Assembly: GCF_006345805.1 (NCBI RefSeq) | Contig: NC_042999.1 | Span: 32,550,001-32,614,000, forward strand | Source of the DNA: Octopus sinensis | Lineage: Eukaryota | DNA length: 64,000 nucleotides | Direction of reading: 5' to 3' | Shown here: positions 1 through 13,252 of the stretch, piece after piece | Layout of the letters: each line of letters opens with the position of its first letter | Position numbering within the stretch: the stretch's first letter is position 1 | Program-made: the position numbers and the translations under genes | Notes under the pieces: generated by a model | Database searches by the model: none | What the model was told of the DNA's origin: nothing | Seen by the model: the letters and a program-made list of their open reading frames with translations, nothing else

Positions 1-96
1 GATAGATAGATTTATATACACAGACATAATGGAATGTTTACCGGCCGATACCTGTCGATTTTATATCCTCTTCACTTTCTTATTTGCTATATATAC

Positions 97-159
<63 letters not shown>

Positions 160-340
160 TATAAATCATTCTTATATATTATTCAGACTGTGTTACACCA
201 TCCTCCACTATCGCAAACAGTGTTGACAGGTGCAATTCTTTCACAACTGGTGAGAATCATTAGCTTCTTCTTGATAGCAATATATTATTTCAGTAAATTG
301 TTCTGTATGTAAGTATGTAAATACCCACACACACACACAG

Positions 341-371
<31 letters not shown>

Positions 372-1626
372 CACACACCATATATATATATATATGTATA
401 TATATTATCCATGATGAATAGTTTCCATGATAGATTTGATTTCGAGAAGATAGTAAACTTTAAATCGCAATGTGCACATAACCTTGCAATTCCTATGTAA
501 ATCACACATGACTTTCTCAAAATTGCAGAATTTGAAGAATGCAGTAAATTTAATGAATATTCCATAAGTGCTATTCCGTCGAAATGGAGATTTTATCAAA
601 TCTTATTCATTTGTCACCATGGATTAAATTACGTATGACTTTGTTTAATAGGGAGTGGATGTTTATATCTCATAAATTACCATAAGTTTTACCCCTGCAA
701 GCTCGAATTCAGTTAGTGCCCAAGAGTAACTTACCTATTTGTTATAAGAACACAATGTGGCGAGTGGGAAAATAATTTCAAATAATATTTAGGGAACTGA
801 AAAAATTAACCTGTGGTGCAAGATGCATCAACAATTAGTGATGTAAAAAGTTGTACCTAGAACCAATCCTAAATTCTTGCATACATCCTGAATTGATCCC
901 ATGGATTGTCTCAAGATCAATATGCACCCCACATGAACACAATTTTCCTCATAGAAACCTACAAAAGACTAACTACACCAATCGTAGATTTCCCTGTCTA
1001 CGAAAGAGATCTTCTTGAATTCTACTTTTGCCCTATATGTACATATTCAGAGCAGATCCATCCATGTAAACCTTGCTCGATACTCATATTTTCCTTTCTA
1101 TATGGGTAATACAAAACATCTTCATTTTATATTTGTATTTATCATTCATGTGTTGTGCTATCAAAATTAAGACTTAGACCAAATATGATCACCACACCGC
1201 AAGCTTTCAATTGATTTGAAATGGTTATATTTACACCTAATTCGTATGACATATAATTTGTCTTAACATATTCATTTTTTTCTGAGTAGTTTCTTGTGTT
1301 TGAAGTCAAAATATACAAATATGATAGCAGGATAACGCGAATAAAATTTCTTTTGATATGCTTTAGATTTAGTAACTACTAAATTCAGCTTGTAGCTTCA
1401 TCGGAGACGCAAACATAAAATGTAATTTATTTAGAAAAACAATTCCATGTATGTAAACACAGAAAAGCATAGCAAATGAGAATGCATACAGGCATGTGAG
1501 GGATGAAATTCAAGCTAATATTATGATCAGATTCATTTTAAAGTGTGTATAAATATAAGCATGCTAAAATGTAGAGAAACAGTGAAAAGAACTGGAAATT
1601 TATATGTGTATAAATGTATATGTATG

Positions 1627-1672
<46 letters not shown>

Positions 1673-1776
1673 ATATATATATATATATATATTATATATG
1701 TGTGTGTGTGTGTGTATAAATTTATATGTATATATATATATAATATATATATATATTATATATATATATATATATA

Positions 1777-2369
1777 CAAGTCCATATTTTAAATGTCTTA
1801 CTTTGGAAAATTGCATTCGGTGGGATTTAAAATTTTTGGTAGAAATGACTAATTTTGTCCCTCTTAGCGTGTGGCATGTATGTATAATAATGCCCTCTAT
1901 ATATAAATTAATATGTTCAATAAGAAAGAATTATTTTCGAAATGTTTTCTTTTATGAGGTTTTTCACGCTATCTACCCGATAATTTCTTGTTAAGTTTTC
2001 CTTATTAAGAAGTTGTCCTTAATCGCTAAATTTTTATTCCGAAAAAACTTCTCCTTTCCCGAAATGGCAATTCGTAAAAGTCTGCCATTTACCGGATGTA
2101 ATATATGTAAACCAACCCATATGCTTCGTTGGAGTCGGTCAGTTAGCTGCTCGGCTTGGACGATGGACGAGATGGGTTCGTTTATTTATGATACATCCAG
2201 ACTTGCTGATGAATACAGAGGTATGAAATCACAGGTGATACAAGTCCATATTTTTAAATGTCTTACTTTGGAAAATTGCATTCGGTGGGATTAGTGAAAT
2301 TTTTGGTAGAAATGACTAATTTTGTCCCTCTTAGCGTGTGGCATGTATGTATAATAATGCCCTCTATAT

Positions 2370-2377
<8 letters not shown>
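1777..2377 (+). mobile_element. Retrozyme-like element: 464-nt monomer plus ~136-bp partial direct repeat, containing a hammerhead ribozyme, embedded in (TA)n
   Basis: 1777-1910 is repeated at 2241-2377 (caagtccatatttt...ctctatatataaatta). A type I HHR lies at 2200-2246. Both flanks are (TA)n. Confidence 0.75.
2200..2246 (+). ncRNA. Type I hammerhead ribozyme motif
   Basis: GACTTG-CTGATGA-ATAC agag GTAT-GAAA-TCAC ag GTGA-TA/CAAGTC: 6-bp stem I, 4-bp stem II, 4-5-bp stem III, intact core, AUA triplet, predicted cleavage after 2240. Confidence 0.85.
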
Positions 2378-2438
<61 letters not shown>

Positions 2439-2443
2439 GTATT

Positions 2444-2834
2444 TATGTATCAAATGAAATAAATGAAAAACAGGATACAGAGGATGTTGCGGTACGTATG
2501 TTTCGAGCTTTATAGTACAACTTATTGTTACATCAATGCATAATCGACATAACAGATAGTTCAACAGCCCTCTGTGAAGTTTTACAAACATACATTCCCA
2601 ATCATACTCGGTTTACCGACCATTATAAACAATACCAAATGTTTTTTTCTCCAACCTTTTATAATGTGATACAAGTCTTTGGTGTAGCAATTGCATGCGG
2701 CTGAAGAGGGATTTTGAACTATCTGTTATGTCGATTATGCATTGATGTAAGAATAAGTTGTTCTATAAAGCTCGAAACATATGTACCGCAACATCCTATG
2801 TATCCTGTTTTTCATTCATTTCATTTGATACATA
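2444..2834. mobile_element. Foldback element: ~130-bp inverted arms (2444-2573 / 2705-2834), PLE terminal-repeat-like
   Basis: The arms are reverse complements with few mismatches around a ~130-bp spacer. The right arm plus the spacer end contains an HHR motif. Confidence 0.75.
2696..2790 (+). ncRNA. Type I hammerhead motif with long loop II and palindromic stem III
   Basis: TGCGG-CTGAAGA-gggattt...aaagctc-GAAA-CATATG-TA/CCGCA. Stem I is 5 bp, the ACATATGT palindrome forms stem III, the triplet is GUA, and stem II has one mismatch. Confidence 0.65.
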
Positions 2835-2899
2835 TATCCTCTCACCTATGCCACTAGCTGGCATATACAGAGGCTTACATTTATCAAGTATTCACCCTG

Positions 2900-2943
<44 letters not shown>

Positions 2944-2945
<2 letters not shown>

Positions 2946-3252
2946 GTGCAAGTACCTGAGCACTCCGCAGACACGTATATCCATAACGTAGTTTTCGGGG
3001 AGATTTTAGCGTGATACAAGTGTGACAATGCTGGACCTTTGAAATAGAGGTACAACAGGAAAAGAAAGAAAGAGTGAGTGAAAGTTGTGGTGAAAGAGTA
3101 CAGTAAAGTTCACCTCAGGCCCACTGCCGGAGCCTCGTTATGCTTTAAGTGTTTTCGCTCAATAGAGACTCAGAACGCCTGTTCTGGGAAGCCAAACCGT
3201 AGTCCTACGACCGCGAGCCCGCTGCCCTAACCTTTGTGGCGTTACACCTCCA
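2944..3252 (-). mobile_element. tRNA-derived SINE, family A (tail type 1), degraded
   Basis: Homologous to the copies at 13253-13636 and 39065-39452. Confidence 0.8.
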
Positions 3253-3270
3253 TATGTGTGCCTGTGTACA

Positions 3271-3311
<41 letters not shown>

Positions 3312-3325
3312 GCACATATAGATGT

Positions 3326-3470
<145 letters not shown>

Positions 3471-3517
3471 GTATATATATATATGTATACATATATGTAT
3501 ATTTATATATATACATA

Positions 3518-3561
<44 letters not shown>

Positions 3562-4261
3562 CATATATCATATGTAAAGCATGTATATCATAGAAAGCCT
3601 GCTAATCTACGGTGAGTATATACATACAGACATGTGTTTACAAATATATGTATCTGTGTGTGTGTACGTATGTATTTACACATAAACACACCCACAGCCA
3701 CACACGTCCAAGAACACACATTTACATGTACGCACAAACACATATATCTGGTGAGTATTAATATCCGGATATGTGTATGTGGTTACGTGAACACACATGC
3801 GTGTTCACACACTCACAGAGACAAAGCCGGAGTAACGGAGAAGAAAAGAGAGACATAACGTTTTCTCTTAAAGAATACTTTTTTTCGCAAACTTTCTTGG
3901 TTACTACCACTGATATTTCAAAGTATATTTAAAGCCAAAATAGTACACAGCGAAGACAGTAAATATTTGTCGTTCGTCTGAATGGCACGAACTATAGTTT
4001 ATCGATCTTTACAGATTTCTTTTTCTTATTAGTACGGCACGTCAGCGTGCTATCAAAAAATATAGGTATATTATTGAAGTTACAAATTGGACATTTTAGA
4101 AGATCGTGACGTTTTTAAAACAACTTTCAGGTTATTTTTCTTTTACTGAAGAAGCTTTCAACTAACTCAAGAAGCTATATATCACATCTCAATTATGATG
4201 ATTTGCTAGCGTTAGTTTTGCTTTCTCGTTTCCGTTTGCAGCATTCTGCTCAACAGCTATA

Positions 4262-4307
<46 letters not shown>

Positions 4308-4608
4308 ATACATACATATATGCGAGCGAATTGCGAAGTTGTATTTTAAATGCAATCATGAACATTTAACTTTTCACATACTTAAAATTCTGGAAATGAT
4401 ATAAAATATACTTATTGTTATGAAAAGTTCAAAATTACAAGTTTAACTGGAATATCCCCGAAATATCTATGTATACGTGTGCCTGTGAGAGTTGAATATA
4501 TATGTACACATACTTAAAATATAAATAAAATATAAATCTGTATATACACATATATGCATTTATATATGTATGCATATTCATATGTATGTATCTATTATAT
4601 ATATATAT

Positions 4609-4651
<43 letters not shown>

Positions 4652-4721
4652 ATATTACATATATGTGTGTGTGTGTGTGTACGTATGTATGCATTTATAT
4701 GAGGATATATATATATATACT

Positions 4722-4822
<101 letters not shown>

Positions 4823-6971
4823 TAATGTAGACACTCTCTGGAAAATTATATAAATAATATAGCATTTTAAATTACTTTAGTTTTTCTTGAAGTGCTCTAA
4901 ATAGAATTAAATGGAAATGTTAGAACCCTTGAAATTTATTTAATATCTAGAATATAATCTAAAACCTCATCTGAATATAATTTAAAACATTATCTGAAGA
5001 CTTAAAATTTAGCGCGCACTGTTTCAAAAAACAAAAACATATACTTCATTCATAAATATACTCTATCAAAAACCATTTGTTTCGCATTGTGACACGAAAA
5101 TTTCAAGATTTACATTCGAAATAAGGATGCAACATCAGCTTCATGAATTTTTCTATATAACCGCAGTGAGGCCAGAACGCCAGATCATTTGATATCCAAT
5201 TAATTGCTACCATACTTTATGAAATTTGTTGTATCTATCCGCGTTCGAAATGCGGTCAGTAATCCACAGTGAGCATGTAGGAGTTTCAAGATATAACAGT
5301 CTGTGCACAGTAGCAGTTTCGCTTTTGTCTCATGATTTCAGTTTATTTGCGTAAGTCCACTGTTCTTTTGTTGGGGATGACAGAACATGGATACAGAGGT
5401 TCGATATCGTTCATGTAAAGTCTCCAGAGAGGAGACATTTTTCCCATTCGAGCATCCTTTATGTTACAATGTTTGTTTTAGTGATGCATAGAAGATTCTC
5501 TTTATCTTATTCTGTTGGTGGTGGAGGTTGCGTCATAATTCTAGATTGTGACATTATTTGCAAAAGCTAAGAGTACACTGAATCCGGTATTCGGACGACG
5601 TGTCAGTGTTGATTCTAGAAGCCAGAGCTCCAAAGAAGAACTAATAAACTGTCCAACGAAGAACAAAAAGCGCATCCATGAAGGTACAAATCGTATGTAG
5701 AAAACGAAAATTACAATAAATTATATAAAATATAATTATAAAGCATAGTAAGACGTAGCTTTTAGTTATAACACATTATAACACGTAATGGCTTATCTAA
5801 GCTAATTCTAGCAAAGTCGGAGTGCTCTGTTAAGCAGATAACTCAAAGTTGATTTTGAGTTCAGATAAATTTATATATCGACCGAGAAGATTAATCCAGC
5901 ATCTCTTTGCTAACTAGGAGAAAGGAAATCAAAGATATCTAGTTTCACAGTTGAAAACGAACACTGATTTTGCTCCCTGTTTCCCATCTCTAGCATTATT
6001 TTCTAGGCGTAAATGCTGTCCCGTTTATAGTACAATTGGAAGCTTACGGAAAACATAAGTGCCAAGACACGCGCTTTACAAAGTGCTATATCATGATAAG
6101 TGGTAGAATAATATAGATCTCGTTGGGTGTTCTTGGTATGTTGTAAGCTGCGAAATCGATATTGAACACATCCTTTCGCAAGGACATACCTGTATGAGAT
6201 CTTACGACGAGTTCATCAATAATAATCCTGTGTTACTGTATATACATATGGATTTACTATTTCTGCATTGTGTCCTACGATAGGTCTCTAGAACATGATA
6301 TTTCTCAACCCACAACGACATACATATTTAGTCAACATATAATTGTACACACTTGAGCTGTTTCATATTACACAGAGGTATAAACAATTTCGTTATTCGT
6401 ACATAAATCTTAACTTCCTCTTATACTTTCTACCATAATATGTCAACGAATGTTTTGTATTCACACAAAAACATATCTCATAATTTTGTTTAATTCAAAT
6501 ACTTAATAAATATATCTTGGATATTAAGACATTAACCCAATTGCTCATATATGACAGTAGACAAATGTGAGTGTCTGTTAGTGTGTATACTGATGTATGT
6601 GAATGCATAAACGAATAAATATATGTGCGTGTGTTTGTATACAAACATGTATATATATACACGCATATATATATATAAACACACAAAAAAAAACACACAC
6701 ACACAACATACACAAACACACACACACACGCATATATATAAGTCACATGTGGATTCAAGTAATTCGGTAGCACTCATAAGAAGCTCCTTAATGTATCATT
6801 CCGTAACTCATAGAGTATGTAACACCATACAAAAGGAAACGATGGAGTGTAACAAATCAAAAAATGACAGAGAAATAGTTTCTATTTCTCTATCATTTTG
6901 AACTTATATATTTATATACAACTATATATGTACATATATATATTACATATATAATTAAATACATATATATG

Positions 6972-7003
<32 letters not shown>

Positions 7004-7119
7004 CATATATACATATATTTATATAAATTTATATATACATATACATATATAAATATACATGTAAATATACATATATATACACATGCATATATATAAATAA
7101 ATAAATAAACATATATATA

Positions 7120-7262
7120 CAGTTGCGGCCAAAATGTTCAGAACGGCATTGTTTTCGCCAGAACAGTAGATATAATTTTTATCAAAGTTGTTTTATAATT
7201 CTATAATTTTCACACACAATAAATACGATATTAATTATTATTGTTCGAAATTTTTGTGTAAT
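7120..7262 (+). mobile_element. Solo outer terminal-repeat fragment of the Tc1 family at 10.4-12.7 kb
   Basis: TA-CAGTTGCGGCCAAAATGTTCAGAACGGC... matches 10384-10520 for ~140 bp and then diverges. Confidence 0.8.
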
Positions 7263-7432
7263 CTCGGATGCAGCTGTGGATAGTTAACCAGCCATAGGAG
7301 ATATTCTCACGGCGTTATAAAATCGCAGCAAAGTCCGTTCGAATGGACAGTCATGTTGAAGTGGCTACGAACGTTACTTGTTCTACAACTACTGCATTGA
7401 TCTTCTAAAATAATTTTAGAACTAGCATTTTG

Positions 7433-7500
<68 letters not shown>

Positions 7501-7530
7501 TATATATATATATATATTATATATATATAT

Positions 7531-7900
7531 ACTAGCAGTATCGCCCGGCGTTGCTCTGTTGTTTAGGGAAATAACTATAAAGCATTTTTAGAGAGTTATA
7601 GCCAAAAAATAGCAAAAAAATGGAAAAAAATTATGGTAAATTTTTTTTTTAGTTAAAAAGGTGGAGTTGCGTCCCCTAGACAGTTTGCGGTTTGTGTTTC
7701 TGATTCTCGACCCCATGTCGAATTTATCGATTTTTTTCAGAACTGGGGGAAATTTTCGCTACGTTAGTTTTGAATTATGACATTGGGCTATGTGTGTGTC
7801 AAGTTTCATCAGAATCAGTTGAAAGCCGTGGTCAGGGTGAGGGTACAAGCAAACAGACACACAGAAACACGCACAGACAAACTGCCGTTTATATAGAGAG
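7531..7900 (+). mobile_element. Non-autonomous Helitron/Helentron-like repeat (ACTAGCAGTATCGCCCGGCG-start family)
   Basis: A second full copy lies at 54683-55057 (minus). It has an ACTAG start with a subterminal CCCGGCGTTGCTCGGG hairpin (degenerate in this copy), a CA-rich subterminal tract and no TSD. The class assignment rests on architecture only. Confidence 0.55.
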
Positions 7901-8376
7901 AGATATACATACATAGTAAAACATATTGTTGAAAATGCACCTGAAATTGATAAACTTGTAAATGTTTTAAATAAATTTATTTACTTACATACCAAACTAC
8001 TTTTCAACAATAATTTTTTGTTGTTTATCAATGGCAAGAATTAAAAATTGTGAAGTAGACAACATGCTTAAAAGATACAATGCTTCTAAGATTTTATACT
8101 ATAAATATGGTTTAAATGTTCACATCGTTCAAGTATATAAAGAACGTGGATCATCTTGTATAAAGATTTAAAATTCAATAATGTGATCGATAGGAAATGT
8201 GGAAGACTAAAGGTTCGGGTATACTGAGTTAAGAGGTAAAAAAGCAAGCGAGAAATGAAGATAGTATTTAAGTGTAAAAATTAGCAAGAAAGCTATATCT
8301 ATTCATTCATATATATATATATATATGTCGTCTTCTAAATGTTTCACGTTCTTGTCCCAGTTTGTGTTTTTTTAAC

Positions 8377-8477
<101 letters not shown>

Positions 8478-8536
8478 ATATATATATATGTTTGTGTGTG
8501 TGTGGGTGTGTGTGTGTGATTGTTTGTGTGTGTGTG

Positions 8537-8929
8537 TAGGAGTGGCCGTGTGGTAAGTAGCTTGCTAACCAACCTCATGGTTCCGGGTTCAGTCCCACTG
8601 CGTGGCATCTTGCGCAAGTGACTTCTACTATAGCCCCGGGCCGACCAATGCCTTGTGAGTGGATTTGGTAGACGGAAACTGAAAGAAGCCTGTCGTATAT
8701 ATGTATATATATATGTGTGTGCTTGTGTGTCTGTTTTTGTCCCCCTACCATTGCTTGACAACCGATGCTGGTGTGTTTACGTCCCTGTCTCTTAGCGGTT
8801 CTGCAAAAGAGACCGATAGAATAAGTACTGGGCTTACAAAGAATAAGTCCCGGGGTCGATTTGCTCGACTGAAGGCGGTGCTCTAGGATGGCCGCAGTCA
8901 AATGACTGAAACAAGTAAAAGAGAAAGAG

Positions 8930-8930
<1 letters not shown>
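8537..8930 (+). mobile_element. tRNA-derived SINE, family B
   Basis: Head GGAGTGGC(C/T)GTGTGGTAAG...GGTTCAGTCCC, internal microsatellite and (GAGTAAAA)-like tail. Five copies occur in the window. Confidence 0.9.
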
Positions 8931-8981
<51 letters not shown>

Positions 8982-9198
8982 ACACATATATATATATATA
9001 CATACATATATATAAATTCCAAATTGCAGAGAAATAGAAACCATATCTCTGTCAATATTTGATGTTTAAACACTCTTTACCGTTTCCTCTTGTATCGAAT
9101 TATGTATTCTTTGATTTGCAGAGTGATACATTAAGGATCTTTTATGAGCGCTACCGATTTAATTGCATCCATGTATTATGATTTAAATACAAATACAA

Positions 9199-9232
<34 letters not shown>

Positions 9233-9648
9233 ATGTCTGTGTCTGTGTGTACGTGAGTCGAATAAGAAATAGACGGTACTTGGTGCAGTATTATATAACT
9301 GTAAACAAGAACAGAAATGGCTTTTCTGATAATGTTTGCACTTTAATAATTAGATATAAACAAGTAAACAAGTAACTTCTAAACATCTTATTTCAGTGTA
9401 AAATTATCAGAAAAGCCACTTCTATTCAATTATACATACATACATACATACATACATACATACATACATACATACATACCTATCTGTATATATATATATT
9501 TATATATATTTATTTATTTATATATTCATATATAATTATATGTATGTATGTATGTATATATATGCATATATATGTATATACATATATGTATAAGTATATA
9601 TATATGTGTATATATATAGATGTATATATATATATATGTATATAATTG

Positions 9649-9679
<31 letters not shown>

Positions 9680-9718
9680 GTATGCATATGTATATATTTG
9701 TATTTATATATGTATATT

Positions 9719-10126
9719 CTCTCTTTTACTCTTTTACTTTTTTACTTGTTTTAGTCATTTGACTGTGGCCATCCTGGAGCACCACCTTTAATCGAGCAAC
9801 TCGACCCCGGGACTTATTCTTTCTAAGCCCAGTACTTATCCATCGGTCTCTTTTTGCCGAACCGCTAAGTGACAGGGACATAAACACACCAGCATCGGTT
9901 GTCAAGCAATGCTAGGGGGACAAACACAGACACACAAACATACACACATACATATATATATATACATATATCCGACAGGCTTCTTTCAGTTTCCGTCTAC
10001 CAAATCCACTCACAAGGGCTGAGGCTATAGCAGAAGACACTTGCTCAAGATGCCTCGCAGTGGGACTGAACCCGGAACCATGTGGTTGGTAAGGAAGCTA
10101 CTTACCACACAGCCACTCCTGCGCCT
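9719..10126 (-). mobile_element. SINE family B
   Basis: Reverse-complement copy with a small internal deletion. Confidence 0.9.
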
Positions 10127-10156
10127 ACAATATATATATATATATATAATTATATA

Positions 10157-10297
<141 letters not shown>

Positions 10298-10311
10298 ATA
10301 TAATATATATA

Positions 10312-10354
<43 letters not shown>

Positions 10355-10383
10355 GTATATTTATATGTACATACGTTTATATA

Positions 10384-11840
10384 TTGTTGCGGCCAAAATA
10401 TTCAGAACGGCATTATTTTCGTCAGAAAAGTAGATATAATTTTTTATCAAAGTTGTTTTATAATTCTATAATTTTCACAGACAATAGATACGATATTATC
10501 TGTTATTGCCTGAGATTTTATTGTAATTTGAGTGGATAATACAAAAGTTATGGATGATTTAGTGATTTACTGCAAAACCCATGTCGGCCAAAATGATCAG
10601 AATTGTTGCTTTTACTCCGTGTTTTAGTATATTTAACCGGCGATGTTTTGAATTTGTTTACGTGATTGTTCGTTTACTAAACATTAGTAAGAATATCTGC
10701 AGTGTACTTTGTTAATATAATGCCACTTACTCCGTTACCAATTCGTCAGCAGATTATTAAGCTTCGAAGGAAGGATAATTTAAGTATTGGGTCTATTGCT
10801 AAGATTGTTAGCAAGTCAAAAAGTGCTGTTCACGGTATACTTAAGGTCTTCGATGATTGTGGTTCATGTGAAGCAAGAAAGTCTACAGGTAGGCCAAGAA
10901 AAATAATCAAGAGAGAAGATCGTGCTATGGTAAAGTTGGTTAAAAAGGACAGATTTAAAACTGCTGCTGCTGTTTCTCGGGAAATGAGCATGGTACTGAA
11001 GAAAACCTTATCTCGAAAAACTGTGTCTCATCGTTTAGTTGAACATGACCTACAAGCAAGATCACCTGCAGTGAAGCCACTGATCAGCTCCCAAAATAAA
11101 AAGTATCGTCTTACCTTTGCAAGCGAACATGTGTTGTGGTCTCAAGAAAAATGGCAAACAGTGCATTTCAGTGATGAATCTAATTTTATGCTATTTGGCT
11201 CAGATGGGAAAAGGTACGTTCGTGTAAAAGTAGGTGAAAATTGTCGCCTAAATGCCTTAAGACTAGTGTTAAATTCGGTGGAGGAAGTGTCATGGTTTGG
11301 GGAATGATCTCTTGAGATGGTGTGGGCTCTTTGGTGCGATTACATGGAAAGGTAAATGCAGGAGTTTATAAACAACTTGTAAAAGATCATGTCTTGCCTG
11401 TGCTGAGAAGTTCAACTAAGCGACCACCCATATTCATGCAGGACAATGCCCCATGTAACAAGGCTAAGGTGGTCATGAACTTCCTCAAGGCTGAAAAGGC
11501 TATTATTATGGATTGGCCTGCTAAAAGCCAAGATCTCAATCCTATTGAAAATGTGTGGAATATTCTAGGAGAACGTTTGAAAGCCAAAATCCTAAAACAA
11601 CCGAGCTATTATGGAATGCCCTTCAGGAAGAATGGAATAAGATCACCTAGCAAGAAATTGAAAATTTAACTTCCTTATGCAGTCTAAGATGTCAAAGTGG
11701 GATTGAAGCTAAAGGGCTTCACACTAAATATTTAATAATTCCAGTATTCTCTGTCATTTTTTGATTATTTTGTTATTTTTTCAACCATTGTGATCATTTT
11801 GGCCGCCATGGGTTTTGCAGTAAATCACTAAATCACTAAA
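10384..11840 (+). mobile_element. Tc1-family DNA transposon (IR/DR-type long TIR); most of the right TIR is lost
   Basis: The left TIR has outer and inner direct repeats ((g/t)cggccaaaat). 10555-10599 is inverted at 11791-11835. A transposase lies inside. Confidence 0.9.
10720..11735 (+). pseudogene. Tc1 DD34E transposase, disrupted
   Basis: Motifs GRPRK, HFSDES, FMQDNAP-34aa-DLNPIEN. There is a -1 frameshift at ~11235-11238 and a GGA>TGA stop at ~11313 relative to the neighbouring copy, plus further lesions near the C-terminus. Confidence 0.9.
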
Positions 11841-11871
11841 TATATATATTTATATATACATATACATATAT

Positions 11872-11915
<44 letters not shown>

Positions 11916-11936
11916 TATATATTATATATATATATA

Positions 11937-11970
<34 letters not shown>

Positions 11971-11973
<3 letters not shown>

Positions 11974-12708
11974 TTGTTTATAAACTCCTGCATTTAACTT
12001 TCCATGTAATCGCACCAAAGGGCCCACACCATCTCCAGATATCATTCCCCAAACCATGACACTTCCTCCACCGAATTTAACACTAGTCTTAAGGCATTTA
12101 GGCAACAATTTTTCACCTACTTTTCAACGAACGTACCTTTTCCCATCTGACACAAATAGCATAAACTTAGATTCATCACTGAAATGCACCGTTTGCCATT
12201 TTTTTTTGAGACCACAACACATGTTCGCTTGCAAAGGTAAGACGACACTTTTTAGTTTTGGAGCTGATCAGTGGCTTCACTGCAGGTGCTCTTGCTTGTA
12301 GGTCATGTTCAACTAAACGACGATACACAGTTTTTCGAGATAAAGTTTTCTTCAATACAATGCTCATTTCCCGAGAAACAGCAGCAGCAGTTTTAAATCT
12401 GTCCTTTTTAACCAACTTTACCATAGCACGATCTTCTCTCTTGGTCGTTTTTCTTGGCCTACCTGTAACCTTTCTTGCTTCACACGAACCACAATCATCG
12501 TAGACCTTAAGAATACCGTGTACAACACTTTTTGACTTGTTAACAATCTTTGCAATAGATCCAATACCTAAATTATCCTTCCTTCGAAGCGTAATAAACT
12601 GCTGACGAATTGGTAATGGAGTAAGTGGCATTATATTATCAAAGTCCACTGCAAATATTCTTACTAATGTTTAGTAAACGAACCGTCACGTAAACAAATT
12701 CAAAACAT
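11971..12708 (-). mobile_element. Second, partial Tc1 copy in inverted orientation (5' two-thirds of transposase)
   Basis: ORF 12176-12649 is near-identical to 10702-11307. A frameshift occurs in the A-run at ~12200. The copy ends at TACAGTTG next to (TA)n. Confidence 0.9.
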
Positions 12709-12709
12709 T

Positions 12710-13140
12710 ACATCCAAGTTCTTCCTGAATAAGACCACCACTCGTCCTCCTCCTTGTCGGCTAGGAGAAATAAATTTCTCATAGCCATTTAGAAGAGGCA
12801 AGAACGCTTGTGGTCCGCTCATCTTGGACTCAGTTACAATGCACTCATCTATATCACGTGACATGAGGTCATCCAGGAGACAAGCTTGTTTCCATTTCAA
12901 CCCCAGCCCACGCGCATTTATACTCCCTAACTTAATCACCATGGTAAAAAATGGAAAAAGGAAGAACTTACATTTGGAATTTGGAGAGGGGCTGCACTAA
13001 TTCGGTTACCTCCTCATCTTTTACTTGCATTAGTGTAGCCGCTGGGCTTATTAATAATTTCTTTTCGGCCATTTCGGAGCTGACGTCCCTGATATCTTCT
13101 GGATACCTTTCCTTCAGCCCCTAAAATAGGCCTGCGTCCA
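12710..13140 (-). mobile_element. L1/Tx1-clade LINE internal fragment (probable ORF1 end plus ORF2 endonuclease N-terminus)
   Basis: MVIKLGSINARGL...IVTESK...GGGRVVVLFRKNL matches an APE N-terminus of L1/Tx1 type. It is truncated at the Tc1 junction. Confidence 0.7.
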
Positions 13141-13143
13141 TAC

Positions 13144-13217
<74 letters not shown>

Positions 13218-13252
13218 GCGTGTGTGTGTATAGGTGTATGTGGTGCGCAGTA

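Noticed and set aside
400-1600. Short ORFs (e.g. 906-1109) and possible decayed coding DNA
   Set aside because: No recognisable motif could be supported by eye; left unannotated.
5575-5612. Small hairpin acact-gaa-tccg..cgga-cgacgtgtc-agtgt resembling a collapsed hammerhead
   Set aside because: Both core strands would need deletions, which is too speculative.
10384-12708. Tc1 pair as an active or complementary autonomous element
   Set aside because: Both copies carry frameshifts or stops and neither has two complete TIRs.
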